From: Thecamonas trahens ATCC 50062
Taxonomy: Eukaryota; Protista; Apusomonadida
Direction: 5' to 3'
Length of the DNA: 64,000 nucleotides
Assembly (NCBI RefSeq): GCF_000142905.1
Contig: NW_013657649.1
Location: 331,033 to 395,032 of the forward strand
Positions within the stretch are counted from its first letter, which is position 1, and each line of letters begins with the position of its first letter. Positions 1-12,800 of this stretch are shown here, piece after piece. The position numbers were made by a program, and so were the translations under genes. The notes under the pieces are model-generated. The model was given only the letters and a program-made list of their open reading frames with translations. It did no database searches and had not been told where the DNA came from.

Positions 1-2213
1 AGCCGCCCGCCCGTCGTCCGCGGCGAGAGGTCGCCAAAGCCGACCGTCGACGACGTGACAACCGCAAAGTACACCGCGTTGCCGTAAGGCGTAATGTGCG
101 ACTCGAGGCCGTAGAAGACTCCAGCGGCAACCAGGTTCGAGACCAGGTAGATCAAGGCCACAACAAGGTAGGCAGAGCCCGACCAGTGCGAGAACTCGTG
201 CCAGGTCGCCGACGTGCACTGGCACCGGTATTCGCTCTCCTCCTCCTCCTCCTCCTCCTCGTCATCGTCGTCGTCGTACGTGTCGTCGCTCTCATCGCTC
301 TCGTCGTCGTGAGAGTCGCTTTCGCTCGCATCATACTCGATTGAGTAGCGAGTCAAAGCCAGTGTTGACGTCGAGGTGTCCGAGTCCGGTCCAGACGCAG
401 ACAAGCTCGACGAGGTCATCCTCGCCAGCTGCTCCATGTCCAGCGAGAGGCGGCGCTTGGTGACGATGGCGACGGCAATGGAGAGGAGGATGGCGGCGCA
501 AAACCCGTAGATGATGACAAAAACCCGACCGGCAGTGGTCTTGGGCGTCAGATCGCCGTAGCCGACGCCAAAAAGAGTGACGCAAAAGTAGACCGACTCG
601 AACCACGACCAGTCCTCGGCGTAAGTGACGAGCGAGGAAAGGAGGGCAAGGATGATGAGGGCGACGAGGATGAATAGCAGGTCGCGAATCTCGCTGAGCG
701 TCGGCGCGTCGAAAAAGTACCGCATGAACCCGCCGATCCGGTTGTTGCACCACTGGAGCTGCGGTGCTTTGCTCGGGCGAAAGGCCGGCTGGCCGGTCGC
801 CCGCGCCACCGCGAGCGCATTCTGTCCGTCTGGCGAGTCATCAAAGAGCTCATGCGCGGCGTAGCGCGAGTTGTAAATCGCAGTGGCAACCGCAATGGCG
901 TAGCCGCGGACAGCAAGGACGCCGACCGCAAAGACAAGGAAGACTCCCCGCGAGGTCTGGGTCGTCGGCGCAAAGTCGCCGAGCCCGATGGTGAAGACCG
1001 TGACAAAGGCCCAGTAGACCGACTCGAAGAACGACCACTCCTCGAGGCCGTAAAAAATGGCACCAAAGCCGAGAACCACGGCGAGGAAGACCAGAAAGGC
1101 GACAGAGATCTCCTTGACTGCGTCAAACGCGTTGTACAGCGCGTCGCGCCCGGCAAATGAGTCGGTGACCGGCAGATCGTCGGCACCGACGACGCGGAGG
1201 AACATGTGCGTCGACGTCAGTCGCTTCGAAATGAGCACTCGCGGCGTGAGGAGGGCCAGCTGCTCCACAACTGCAGGAGAGGCCGCAACCTCGGGCGTGA
1301 GCTCAAGGTCGCACGAGACATCGATCCACTCCGACGGCTGCGTCTCCGAGACCGACGACGACGACGAGGTTGACGACGAGACGTCGGCCGGGAGCGCCAG
1401 GTTATGGGCGCGGCCGTGAAACGGAATGTACACCGTGCCCACTAGATCGTCAGCGTTGACGCGGTCCCAGTCCCAGAGCTCGAGGGTGACGCCCTCGCGG
1501 ACGCCGCCGGTAAAAGCCCGCGGGATGACAAAGACCGCGTCCCACATCGGGCGCTGCGAGCCGCGGACAACCGGCGTCTGCCAGACAGGCGAGGCGAGGA
1601 CGTTCGGACAGCAGGCCCACTTTGCAGCCTCGTAGGCCTTGCGCCAGCACGAGACACGGATGGCGGCCCGGTCGGCAGCCGAGACACGGACGTAGGGATC
1701 GATGGTGCCCTTGGGGAGTGACATGCGATCAACGACGAACTTGACTCTGGCCAAAGCCGACTCTGCCATCTCATCAATGAGCAGACCAAGAACCACGACG
1801 CCTGTGACAGAGAAGACAACGACGGTAGCCTTGCCCGCATCGGTAGCCGGGGAGATGTCCCCGTAGCCAATGGTGGTCATGACGGCCGTGGTCAGATACA
1901 AAGCATCGATAAACGACAGATCCTCATAATGGGTAAAGAGACCAGCACCAAGAACAAAGGCCACTCCCGAGAGCACAGCTGCAAGTCGCAGCTTGGACGC
2001 ATGCGCCCAGAGGCAAGCCAATGGCGAGGTATCCCACGGCAGCGCAAAGTCGAACACATGGCTGGACGACCACGATGACGTCCACGATGACCTGCTGCCT
2101 GTCCTCGCCGTCGTGCCCGTCGTCGTCGTCATTGTCGCATGGTGAAGCCCGGACGAGGACTGCGTTGACGCCCAGTCACTGCCCCATGGGTCGGCGGTGG
2201 ATGTGGTCGACAT
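1..2213 (-). CDS. Potassium channel with four tandem 2TM/P-loop modules and a C2 domain (3' end lies beyond the left edge of the window)
   Basis: Hand translation from ATG 2213. Four filter motifs fall in the same frame: MTTIGYGD (~1856-1880), VFTIGLGD (~975-1000), LFGVGYGD (~552-576) and SSTVGFGD (~30-54). Each is flanked by hydrophobic helices. C2 motifs DPYVRV...QTPVVRGSQRPMWD...TLELWDWDRVNADDLVG lie at ~1430-1705. I found no in-frame stop, and the ORF track lists nothing in this frame, as expected for an ORF that leaves the window. Confidence 0.88.
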   Translation of the reverse strand, partial: MSTTSTADPWGSDWASTQSSSGLHHATMTTTTGTTARTGSRSSWTSSWSSSHVFDFALPWDTSPLACLWAHASKLRLAAVLSGVAFVLGAGLFTHYEDLSFIDALYLTTAVMTTIGYGDISPATDAGKATVVVFSVTGVVVLGLLIDEMAESALARVKFVVDRMSLPKGTIDPYVRVSAADRAAIRVSCWRKAYEAAKWACCPNVLASPVWQTPVVRGSQRPMWDAVFVIPRAFTGGVREGVTLELWDWDRVNADDLVGTVYIPFHGRAHNLALPADVSSSTSSSSSVSETQPSEWIDVSCDLELTPEVAASPAVVEQLALLTPRVLISKRLTSTHMFLRVVGADDLPVTDSFAGRDALYNAFDAVKEISVAFLVFLAVVLGFGAIFYGLEEWSFFESVYWAFVTVFTIGLGDFAPTTQTSRGVFLVFAVGVLAVRGYAIAVATAIYNSRYAAHELFDDSPDGQNALAVARATGQPAFRPSKAPQLQWCNNRIGGFMRYFFDAPTLSEIRDLLFILVALIILALLSSLVTYAEDWSWFESVYFCVTLFGVGYGDLTPKTTAGRVFVIIYGFCAAILLSIAVAIVTKRRLSLDMEQLARMTSSSLSASGPDSDTSTSTLALTRYSIEYDASESDSHDDESDESDDTYDDDDDEEEEEEEESEYRCQCTSATWHEFSHWSGSAYLVVALIYLVSNLVAAGVFYGLESHITPYGNAVYFAVVTSSTVGFGDLSPRTTGGR

Positions 2214-2393
2214 GGGAAAGGGACGGAGGGGGAGGGGGAGCGGGAGGTGGAGTGGCTGGCGGCGGGCGGGCTCGGGGTGACAGTGGGCGTGGCGGTTGGG
2301 TGTGCGGAGGGAGGGCGCTTTTTTTTTGGTGGGGTAGGGTTTTATTTTTAGGAGGTCGGGAGGGGACGGGGGGTACGGGTTAGGGTAGGGGGT

Positions 2394-2493
2394 NNNNNNN
2401 NNNNNNNNNNNNNNNNNNNNNNNNNNNNNNNNNNNNNNNNNNNNNNNNNNNNNNNNNNNNNNNNNNNNNNNNNNNNNNNNNNNNNNNNNNNNN
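2394..2493. other. Assembly gap (100 N) flanked by low-quality homopolymer-rich sequence
   Basis: Run of N; long poly-C/T/A/G runs at 2494-2850. Confidence 0.99.
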
Positions 2494-3749
2494 TTTTTTT
2501 TTTTATATATAATAACAACCCCCCCCCCCCCCCCCCCTTTTTTTTTTTTTTAGTTACAAGACATATACAAAAAAAAAGGGTGTGCGGGCGGGGGGGGGCT
2601 CCGCCGCCCCCCCCCCCCCCCCCCCGCCCCCCTGGTGCGGGGGAGCAAAAAAAAAAAACAAATTCTTTTTTTTTTTTTTGGGCCCCCTTTCCCCCCCCCC
2701 CCCGGGGCTTTTTTTGGGAGGGGGAAGGGGAAGCCGACGGGGACGGGGATGGGGGGGACGGGGGTGGCAATCGGGATGGGAGAGGGGGGAGGGGGGGGGG
2801 AGAGAGAGAGAGAGAGATGGGGATGAGAGAGGAGGGGGGGGGAGAAGAGGGGGGGATGGACGGGAGGCAGGCTAGTGATCGAGGGCTAGCGACGGGACGG
2901 AAGGACGACTGGGCGGGGAGGAGAACGGATGGGGTAGGGGAAAGAAGGAGATACAGGGAGATTCATTGGGATAGAGTGAGGGGGGAGGGGGAAGAGGCAG
3001 ATGAGGGAGGGCAGGAGGGAGGGTATCGGAGTGGACGTGGAGTACTACTGTAACCGATTTTTTTCCTCTTGCCCACGAATTAAACAGAACAGCAGGTGTT
3101 GGAAGATGGAAGGCGCGGAGAGTCGAATGACGGGACGATGAGGCTACGAGAGTGAGCATGGGTGTGAGTGGGGCAAAGCATTGAAGCTGTAGCCTGCCGC
3201 TTCGAGCGGGTCGCCTCCCACTGACCTGTCTCGTCTCGTAAAAGGTTGGAGGCTTTGATCTGGCCAGAACCTGCACATCCACAGCCATCTACCGCCAGCA
3301 AAAGCCGCATGCTGACAAGAGCAGTAAGCCACGTCGATGGCACGTACAAGCAACGCGCTCCGTGGTCTGATGGTGAGGCGGCAAGTGTGGTGCAAGCTGA
3401 CCCAGTTGCCGTGACATAGTCAACATGACCGTCCATTTTATGATCTCGCTGATCTCCATTCTCGTCGGTTCCTCACGCACCTTCGCGCCCCCCTCCTAGT
3501 CATCGCCAGCACCTCGCCCTTCACCACCCACACCATCCCAAAGCTCGCATCAAGCACCACCTATAGCCATCTCGAACAGTATCCGATGTTTGTATAGCGA
3601 GAGTAGCAGCCTGCGTGCGTCGCTGCTCCGTTGACGAATCCGGCGGCAGCCAACGGACGAGTGACCGGCGAGCAGCGTGCGGGGCTGTCTGACGGGGCCG
3701 ACGACGACAAGCAGACGTCACTCGGGGCCGACGGAGGCGCAGTGCGGCA

Positions 3750-6700
3750 ATGGAGCAACGGCGACCCCTTCCAACCATTGGAGCAGGCGAGGGAGCGGAG
3801 CAGGGGACGGCGACGGTGACGGGGCCAGGGACGGGGACGGTGACGGTGACGGCGACGGCGACGGCGACGGCGACGGGGACAACAGCAACACCACCACCAC
3901 CACCACCACCACCACCAGCAGCAGCAACGACAACTTCATCGTCATCATATGCGTCATCGTTGACATTGGCAGCTGCAACAACATCAACGACTGCAGCAAC
4001 AGCGGAGACGTCAATGGTGGCAGCCGCTGATGATGGTCTGGGCTGGGAGGGCGGTGGAGCGGCGATGGAGGGAGTCCTGGTGGCTTTTGATGCTCAGCCG
4101 CTGCACCGCCTGCTGAGGGAGATGCGAAGAGGTATGTTGGCGAGGGCGAGGGCGAGGGCGAGGGCGAGGGCGAGGGTGCGGGCGAGGGCGCGGGCGAGGA
4201 CAAGGACGAGGACTCACAAGGGCACGCCATGCTACGCGATGGCTGCGATCACTACCTATCCCTCCCCCAACCCGCAGTCATCTCGACCCAGGCGCACGCT
4301 ATCCGCTCGCTTCAGTCACAAGTGACCGAGCTCGCATCCAGGCCCTCCCCTGCCCCTGCCCCTGCCCCCATCACACCATCGCCCCCATCCCCATCCCCAT
4401 CCCCTTCCCCATCTCCATCTACATCCCCATCCCCATCTCCCTCTCCTCGCCCGGCCCCCATCCCCTCCAACCCCACTATCATCCCTTCCACTGCCACCAC
4501 AGCACCGGCCACCACCCAGACTCGGACTCCTTCTCCTATACCCGAGCCCCAAATCGACCTCTCCATCTACGCCACCCATGCTGCGACCGACAAGCTGGCG
4601 TCACAGCTGCGCTCGCTTGATGCCCGTCTCTCTGCGCTGGAGATGTCCGACTCGTCGCGGAAGGAGCAGGCGGCCGAGCTGGAGAGCCAGCTCATCTCGG
4701 TCGTTGCGACTACAGAGTCGATGCGGGCCACCGTCGCGTCGTCGCAGTCCCAGATGGAGTCCAAGCTTCAGGCGCTGCGCGCCTTTGAGTCCAACCTCTC
4801 GCGCTCCCACGCCGCCATCATGGCTCTCGAGCACTCGACCTCGCGCCTCCGTGACGATGTCACTGCTCACCGCTCCGAGCTTGACTCGCTCTCGGCCCAG
4901 GCCGCCCTTGCTGCCGCCGTGCCATCCTCCGTAACCGCCGCTGCGGCGCCGCAACCCGGCACTGAGCCGATGGCTCAGCCGCTGCCCTCGGTCGGCCTGG
5001 CCACCCTCGACTCGAAGCTCCGCTCTGCACTCTCGCGCATGTCTCGAACCGAGGACGAGCTGTCGCGGACCCGTGGCGATCTCGACGCGCTATCGGCCAC
5101 TGTGGTCGCACTGCGCGATGCGCCGCCGGCGCCCGCCACGTTGGCCGCTGCGCCCGCAGGCGTTGCCGCCACGGACCCGCCCGAGTCGGCCGCCCTCGTC
5201 GCCGCCACCCTCACCCTCTCGTCCAAGATCCGCGACATCTCCGGCGAAGTCGCCGCCGTCCGCCGCCATGCTGATGCTGGCCTCGCCGACCAGGATCAGC
5301 GGCTCAACGCCCTGGCCCGTCGCATGGTCCAGAACGAGCGGACTGTCGCCGCCGCCAAGGGCCAGACCGCTGTCGTCTCCGCCAAGCTCGAAAGCCTCCA
5401 CAGCGCCAACCTCCCCTCGCGGGTCACAGCCCTCGAAGACCACGGTACCAAGGCCGAGACCCGCATCGAAGTCGTCTCTGAAGACATCGCCACTCTTCGC
5501 CGTACCTCGCAATACCTCCTCCACGAGAACGCCAGTACCAAGTCGGCGCTCGACGATCTCGCCGACGCGCGGCCCTCGGCCACAGCCCCCGATCTCGTTA
5601 CTGCCTCGCTCCGTGACGCACTCGCCTCGCTCCGCCGCGATCTCTCGCAGCTTGCAACCGGCGTCGTCGCCCTCAAGCACGCCGTCGAGAACCCACCCGA
5701 TCCCGACGACGCTGCCGCTCCGCGACCGTACATCCCCACACCGCCGCCGCCGCCACCGCTCCCGTCGTCGCAGCCTGACGCCGACAAGTTGCCGCCCCGC
5801 GAGCCGGCGCCCGACGCCGCGCCGTCCGATGCCTCGCCGCCGAGCTCACAGACACACACTCCGAACTCGGGCCCATGCGCACATCCTCGCGCCGCGGCTC
5901 GGCCATCGCCTCGCCAGGTCTCGACCCGTCGTTCCTCAAGCGAGTCGTCTCGCCGTCGGCAGCTTCGCTCGCCGCCGCCCGCGACGCCGCCCGCGACGGC
6001 TCGCTCACCCCGCGGACTGGCCTACCACAGCGCACCGCGCTCTCCCACACTCGGCTCGAGCAAATGGTCGCCGACCAGGCCCGCGCCGCGTCTGAGGAGG
6101 CGCTCTCCGATCTCAAGACAATGCTCCTCACCCTCGTCGCCGACCGCGCCGACCTGCCCACTCCCGGAAGCTCAGCTCCACCGCCTGATCCGCTCTACAA
6201 GCTCGCTACTCTCCTCGGCACACAGCCGTCGTCTGACAAGGCTGCTACGCCCACCTCCGCCACCGCCGCTACAGCCACCACCACCACCACCACGACCACG
6301 ACGACCACCCACTCGCTCACCCACACCGCGCTCCTCACCAGGTCGTCCGGCGGCGGGCTTGACGCCGTTGAAGCTCGCAACCTCGTCCGGGTCATCGACG
6401 CCAAGGCCGACAAAGATTACGCAGACGCCATCTATCACAACCTCTCCTCCAAGTTTGTCCAGCTTGCCACCGTCGCCTCGCGGAACATCGAGATGCTTGC
6501 CCATCTCGTCGGCCGCAAGGCTGACCTCGCTGACCTCGTCGACGTCGAGTCGTCACTCAACGAGACTCTCGCTGCCGCCACCCGCGCCTCGTCGGGCTCG
6601 GCCGCCGCCGGCAAGCTCCACTTCCGCTGCCTCACCTGCAACCGCTTCACCCGCCGCCTCGCCGGCGACGCCACCGCCGCCCATCGCTCCGCCCTCGTCC

Positions 6701-6786
6701 CCACCCCGCCGCACGAGCCGCCTCACCCCCGCCCGCGCGGCCATCCCATCATCCAGCCCTTCTCGGAGCGGACCCAAAAGTCATAA
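3750..6786 (+). CDS. Long coiled-coil protein with a C-terminal DUF4795 (QRICH2/C16orf96-like) region; join(3750..4131,4278..~5820), one missing base, then ~5820..6786
   Basis: Intron 4132..4277 (GTATGT...GACTCAC...CCGCAG) joins ORF 3750 to ORF 4229 in frame (MRR-V-ISTQ). The body is heptad-rich. The C-terminus in the 5875 frame has KADK...RKADL...AAAGKLHFRCLTCNR, typical of DUF4795. Confidence 0.65.
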
Positions 6787-6822
6787 CCATTACAGCGCAG
6801 CACACAACCAACAAACTACTCT

Positions 6823-9800
6823 TTACAGTCCCTGAAGATAGAACTCCCACGGCGGCATGCCGTCGGCCCGGATGGACAGCTTGCCGTTGCGGAGGCCGCC
6901 GGCAGCAGTCTTGTACCCGACGCTCACGCTGGTGCTCTTCTTGGAGCTGAGCACCTCGCCAGACTTGACGGTAAAGCACGGGTTGTCGACCTCGTACACA
7001 AACGAAGTCGACTCGGCAAAGACATTCTTGAACGGGATCGACACCGAACCGCCGCTCTTGATGCTGATCGGGCCCTGTGGGACCGGCGGCGTGCAGTGGC
7101 CAAACAGCGGGACCACGTACTCACCGGCATCGCGCGAGCTGAGCTTGAGCATTGCCTTGGCATCTCCAAGCTCACCGGGTTCATACACCACCTCAAACGC
7201 GACCGGGACGCCGGCGCTTGTTACCGCGCTGCCGCCGGCCGACGGGCCGGCGCCGTCGGGCGCCGCCGGCGCGTGCACGCTCTTCGGCACCGAAAAATCC
7301 TCAGAGCCCGAGACCGAGCACGAGTAACTAGTGGCGCTTGGGAGGTAGTGCACAATCGTGACGTGCTTGACCTGCGACGAGCCGAGCCCGGCCCGGAACT
7401 GCACAGCAGGCTCAACGTTGGTCGACCGCGCCGAGAGCCGGAGCGAGTAGAGGAATGTTCCCAGCGCACTCGACGTAAACGAGAGCTTGCCGGTCGCCTG
7501 CCCAACCTTGAGTGGCATGTACGAGAGCATGAACACCGCGTCCGACTGCGGCTCGATGACTGCGCTCGCAGGCTCCACGCTCAGGCCGGAAATCTTGTGG
7601 ACCGCCGACACGCTCGCCGGTCGCGGCAGTGGATTCGAAATCACCAGCTCGTGCTCCACGCGCTGTCGGATCGGCGTCTCCAGCGCGATGACCTCCAGCG
7701 GCGACGGCGGGAGCGAGCGGAACACAAACCGGTAGTACATGTACTCGCCGGTGCTCCTGTTGGTGAACACAATCCTTCCACTCAGCACCTCCTCCTTCAG
7801 CGCGTAGTACGAGAACTTGTACTGCCGCGACGCAAGCGCCGGCAGATCGATGTGCTGCAGCCCGTTGAGCGACGCCGTCCGCCGCGGCGACCCGCTCTCG
7901 CCGCTCTCGCTGCCGTCGTACTCAAAGCTCACCGCGAACCGCTGCGGGACCGCGAGCCAGTTGGAGATCGTTACCGCCTCTGCCACCTTGACCTTGCACT
8001 CGACCTCGCGCTTGAGCTCGCCTGCAGCGTTTGGCGGGCCAGCAATGCCCACCAGTGGGAAGAGCAGGCCCGAGCCGTCCGGCAGCGGGAAGAAGACCTC
8101 GCCATGGTGCGGTGCCTCGCGGCTCGACATCACCACAGGCTGGTACGTCAGCACGTATGACGCGCTCGAGTTGAGAGGCACAGAAATCGACGACGGCCCG
8201 CTCCATGGGCCGGCAGACAGCGCAGGCACAATGCCAACCCAGTCCATGCCCGACTTGTTCGCCAGCGAGATGGTCTTGGTCACGCTCTCGCGAACCGGCG
8301 CCTCAAACACGACCGCATGCTGTGGCTCTGGTGGCGGCACACATGCACCCTGCATCGCCACCTCGATCGGCTCCTGACCCTCCACGTTGCATCGGATGCC
8401 CTCGAACCGGATTGCGTCCTGCACCACAGGTGGCGCAAAGATGATCGTGCAGTTGACGTCCGTCCCCGGAATGAGGTAGCCCTCGGACGGCTCGATCGAG
8501 AATGCACGGCTGGCGCGCCCGAGCTCCCACTTGAACCGCACACCGATGTCGCCGATGTTCTGCAGCGCAAGCACCTTGGTAGTCGACGAGCCCGAGGTCA
8601 CCGCCCCAAACGCAACCTCGTTGGTGTCGACCTTCACCTCCACGCCCTGACAGCAGCCCGAGACCACCGCCAGCCCGCGCCGAACGCCCGCCACGCTCGC
8701 CACAAACTCCTCCTCAAACGTGTGCTGCCGGTCGACCGGTGCGTACGTCATCGAGATCTTACGGATCTGCCGCGGCTTGATGACGAAAACGCCCCCCGGC
8801 GAGAAGCTGATATGCCGGCTTGCAAAACGCTCCGAGTTCTCCCTCACATCAACCTTGACTGGAATCGGCGACCGATTGATGAGCGCCACGACCCGCGACG
8901 CCGTCGCGCCCTTGTGCAGGACGCCAAACGAGACCATCCGGCTTGTCGCGTCCACAAGCTCCACTCGCGGCGAGACGCCCGAGCCCTCCACCGTCACCGT
9001 CACTTGCGAGAGCGTGTTGACCTCAAACACGAGCTCTTCCCGCATCGCCTCCTCACTCCGCGGCGTAAACAGGATCGGGAGCTGCGCAGACTCGCCCGGC
9101 GCAAGCACCGTCGGTGGCGCTTGCACCTCCAGGTACTCGGTGTTGTCAAAGAGGCACTCGAACGCGACGTCCTTCACGTCCTCGTTCGTCACCACAAGCA
9201 CCTTGGTCGGCACCGCAGAGCCGACTCGGTGGAGGACGCACGGGCCAAAGTCGTGGTGGAGGACAGAAAACTTGAGCGCAGGCCGCCGGACCGCGCCCGA
9301 CACCAGCAGTGGGTACGTCTTGCCGTTAGTCACCTTGCAGTAGACCTTGACGCGCTTGAGCGCAACCTCGGACTCGGCACCAAGCGTCAGCAGGCACTCG
9401 GTCCGCGACTCGCGGCCCACAATACCGAGCGCAGGCTCAATCGAGAGCACGCCAGCGTTCTCATACTCGGGCGGGAGCGCCCACTTAAAGTCGAGGTTCG
9501 TGCTCCCAGCGTTGACCACCACAAGTTTGCGGCTTGCCCGCTCTGAGATCTGGATCCGCCCAAAGTCCACCATGTTGCCTGCGCCCGGCGCCAGCCGCAC
9601 CAGCCGCGCATCCTCAGTGCCACTGCCGGAGCTCAGCCCCGCGCCCGACCGCTCCAGGAAGAGCTCGTCGCGGATGGCGTAGCCCTCGCCCTTGACGTTG
9701 AGCACCAGCCGCGTCGGCTTGTGTTGCACCTTGCACACCATGTTGAAGTTGAACGCCTTCTCTACTGGCGCGCAGAACGAGACAACCAGCGGCACCCGCT

Positions 9801-12800
9801 TGCCGCCGCCTACCGCCCCCGACATCGGGCTCACGTCCACTACCCGCCCATCCACACAGGTAAACGACGAGGCGTCAAAGGCAAACCGGTACTCGCCCTC
9901 GGTCTCGTTGACAAGCTCAATCTCGGCGCTCGCTGTGTGGCCCACCAGCGACTCCTTAAAGTTGATAAAGGTTTTCGAGAGGAATACCTCTGGCTCCTTG
10001 GTCCGTCCAAGGAGGAGGAACGGAATGACAATGCCCTGCTCGGCAATCTCAAACTCCCAGAACGACTCGCGGAGCTCAAGATCCTGCGAGACAAACTCAA
10101 AGGCCACCTCGTACTTGCGGCCCGACACAACCAGGCCCTCCTCGGTGAGGCAACGGAACGGCGACCGCGTCGGATCCGAGTCGACACACTTCCACTTGAA
10201 GCTGTACGACACGTTCGTCGGGTTAACAACCATAAACTTGTGCACCACCCGGACCCGCACGCCCACAGACGTGATCTCGATGACCCGCGTAGCAGGATCG
10301 AGCGGTCCCACCATCCCACCAGGCCCGGGAAGGTCCGGCAGCCGCTCGCCAGAGCTCAGGTACTTGCACACCGGCAGCTCGAGGTGGCAGACCGGCCGCT
10401 TGGCGCTCGCCATGATCGGAATCTCCGGCTCGTCTTGCGACGCGTCGAGCCCAGGAATCGTCGCCAGCAGGTATCGATCAAAGTTCTTGACCTCGTCCGG
10501 TGCAAAGGTCACCATGACATCGATGGACTCGCCCGGCCCGAGACTCCCGCTGGCAGGCTCCACCGCAAAGTCGCCCGACACGTCCTCCACCCCATCGCCG
10601 TACACCACCATCCACTCGTAGGCAAACGCCGTCGTTGACTGCGATGTAAACTTAAAGTGAACCGACCGCGACTCGAACATGTACGTCTCGGCAAAGACAA
10701 TCGACTCGACGTCGAGCGAGTACTTGGCCGTGTCAGCAGAGCCCGAGACGTAGAGCGGGAGTGCGAGCGACGGCGCAAAGCCCATCGCCGCCTCGCTCTC
10801 GTCCACGACCTCCACCTCGTCGTACTCGGGCTCGCTCACGGAAACCTTCATCCGCCGCCGCGTCACAGCGCCCGCAGGCAGCTTGCGCGCAAGCGAGTCC
10901 GACACCACCTCGTTTGTCTCGTTGACAACGTTAACAAACTTGGTCACAGACGCCGTTGCGTCCCAGTGCCCGCGGCTCCCATCGCGCCGCACAATCATCG
11001 TCGTCATGCACGACGCCGCCAGCGACTCAAAGCTCAGCGGGTACGGCGCCCGATAGGTGAGCGAGACTTGGGCCATGGCCTGCGACGGCACATGCCCGAT
11101 GCGCGGCGAGAACGAAAACAGCGCCGACGAGTACTCGTCGAGCTCGCGCTGACGCGCCTCCAGCGCCTCGCGCACCTCGACAAGCTCCTCCTCGGCCTCG
11201 CGCGCAGAGCTGGAGCCCTCGCCAGAATCGGAGCCGCCCGACACGTTGGCAGACGCCGCCGCCCGGAGCTCGCGCACCCGATCGCCCAGCTCCTCTACAG
11301 CCGCCCGCGCCTCGGCAACCCGGATGGCAATGTCTTCCGGCACCGCCGGAGGCGACCACACGTACCGCATCCAGTGCGACGAGTGGTTACAGAGGCCAAA
11401 CGTGACCGTCCGCGCCACGCCAACAGGCCCGGACCCGACGTCGAGCACGTTCTCCGTATTGCCTGGCAGCGCGTCAAACGACGCCATCGCCGCGTAGCCC
11501 TCGCCGCTCAGCCGGAACACAGTCGTCTCGAACGAGTTGTCCGCCACAGACAGCACAACTTCGCCTGTGAACGTCGCCGACTCTTGTGGCGTAAAGGTGA
11601 CGTCAAACCGTGCCTCCTCACCGGCGGCAAGCTCGACTGTTGCCCCGTTCGACTCGACCACAAAAGACGGACTCGAGCTCCGCTTCATATCCACACGCAC
11701 GCTCGCGTTGAGCACGCCGGCATTCGCCACCACAATGCTCAGCACCCGCGACCGCATCAGCATGCACCGCCCAAAGCCGAGCTCGAGCTCGCCGCGCTCA
11801 TTGCGGCTGGTGGGCGACTTGACCGAGATCCGCGGCATCGTGCCCTCACCCACCAGGTTGAACCGGAAGACTGACGACTCGGGCGCAATCTCGCCATTCT
11901 CCACCCGTGCCGTAAAGAGGCCGCGGTACTCGAGGAGCGCAGCAGGGTTGAACAGCATCGTCACAAACCGGTACTCGTGGTTCGGAATGTGAACCCGCCG
12001 AGGCTGAACGTCAAAGACAGGCCGCTCGCCCACAACCTCGCCCTCGTCGCCACCGTCACCGGCCTCGGCCTCATCGTCGCCATCTCCACCACCACCGCCG
12101 CCACCACGACTCGATGTTCCCTCGGTCGTCCGCGACGACTTTTTCCCTTGCCGCCGCTTGGACGAGCTGCCCGATGTCGACGCGTTGCCCGACGCCGAGC
12201 CCGACCGCCGCAGTGATGACGTGTTGGCCGACGTCGAGCCCGAGCCTGACGAGAACGGGAGCTCGGTGGAGAAGACCACGTCGCACGCAACCTTGTTTGG
12301 GTTCGAGATCTTGATCTGTGCCACAGCCTGCCGGCCCACAATGAGTGCACCAAACGAAAACGTGTTCGACATCTTGGCGTAGACGTTGGCTGCACCGGCC
12401 GCGCTCCGCGCCACCGACTCGAGCTGCGCCACCACCATCTGCTCTTCGAAAATGAGGTCGTAGTCCCAGGTGTTGATGCCCGGCACACACGATTCGCCGG
12501 TCAGCTCGTACGGGATCGGGACCGGGACGCCCACCGCAAGACTGGCCAGTGCGCCCGCGCTCGACGACGCCGAGAGCGCCACAGCACCGGTCTCGGCAAC
12601 CGGAGCCACTGTCAGCGGCGGTGGCGCGTCGGCAAGGTCCGGAATGAACAAGCCGAGCTTTTCGGTACAAAACTTAGAGGCCTCGGCGTAAAAATGAACC
12701 GTGATCACCGCCTTGCCGCCCGGCTCGATGAGCCCGGTGTACGGCGCGAGCTCAAAGGCGCCGACGTTGAGCGCGTCCTTGGCCCCAGTTCGCACGAGAG

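Noticed and set aside
2494-3053. ORFs and homopolymer tracts beside the first gap
   Set aside because: Low-quality contig-end sequence; the translations are poly-G/P/K/F with no domain signal.
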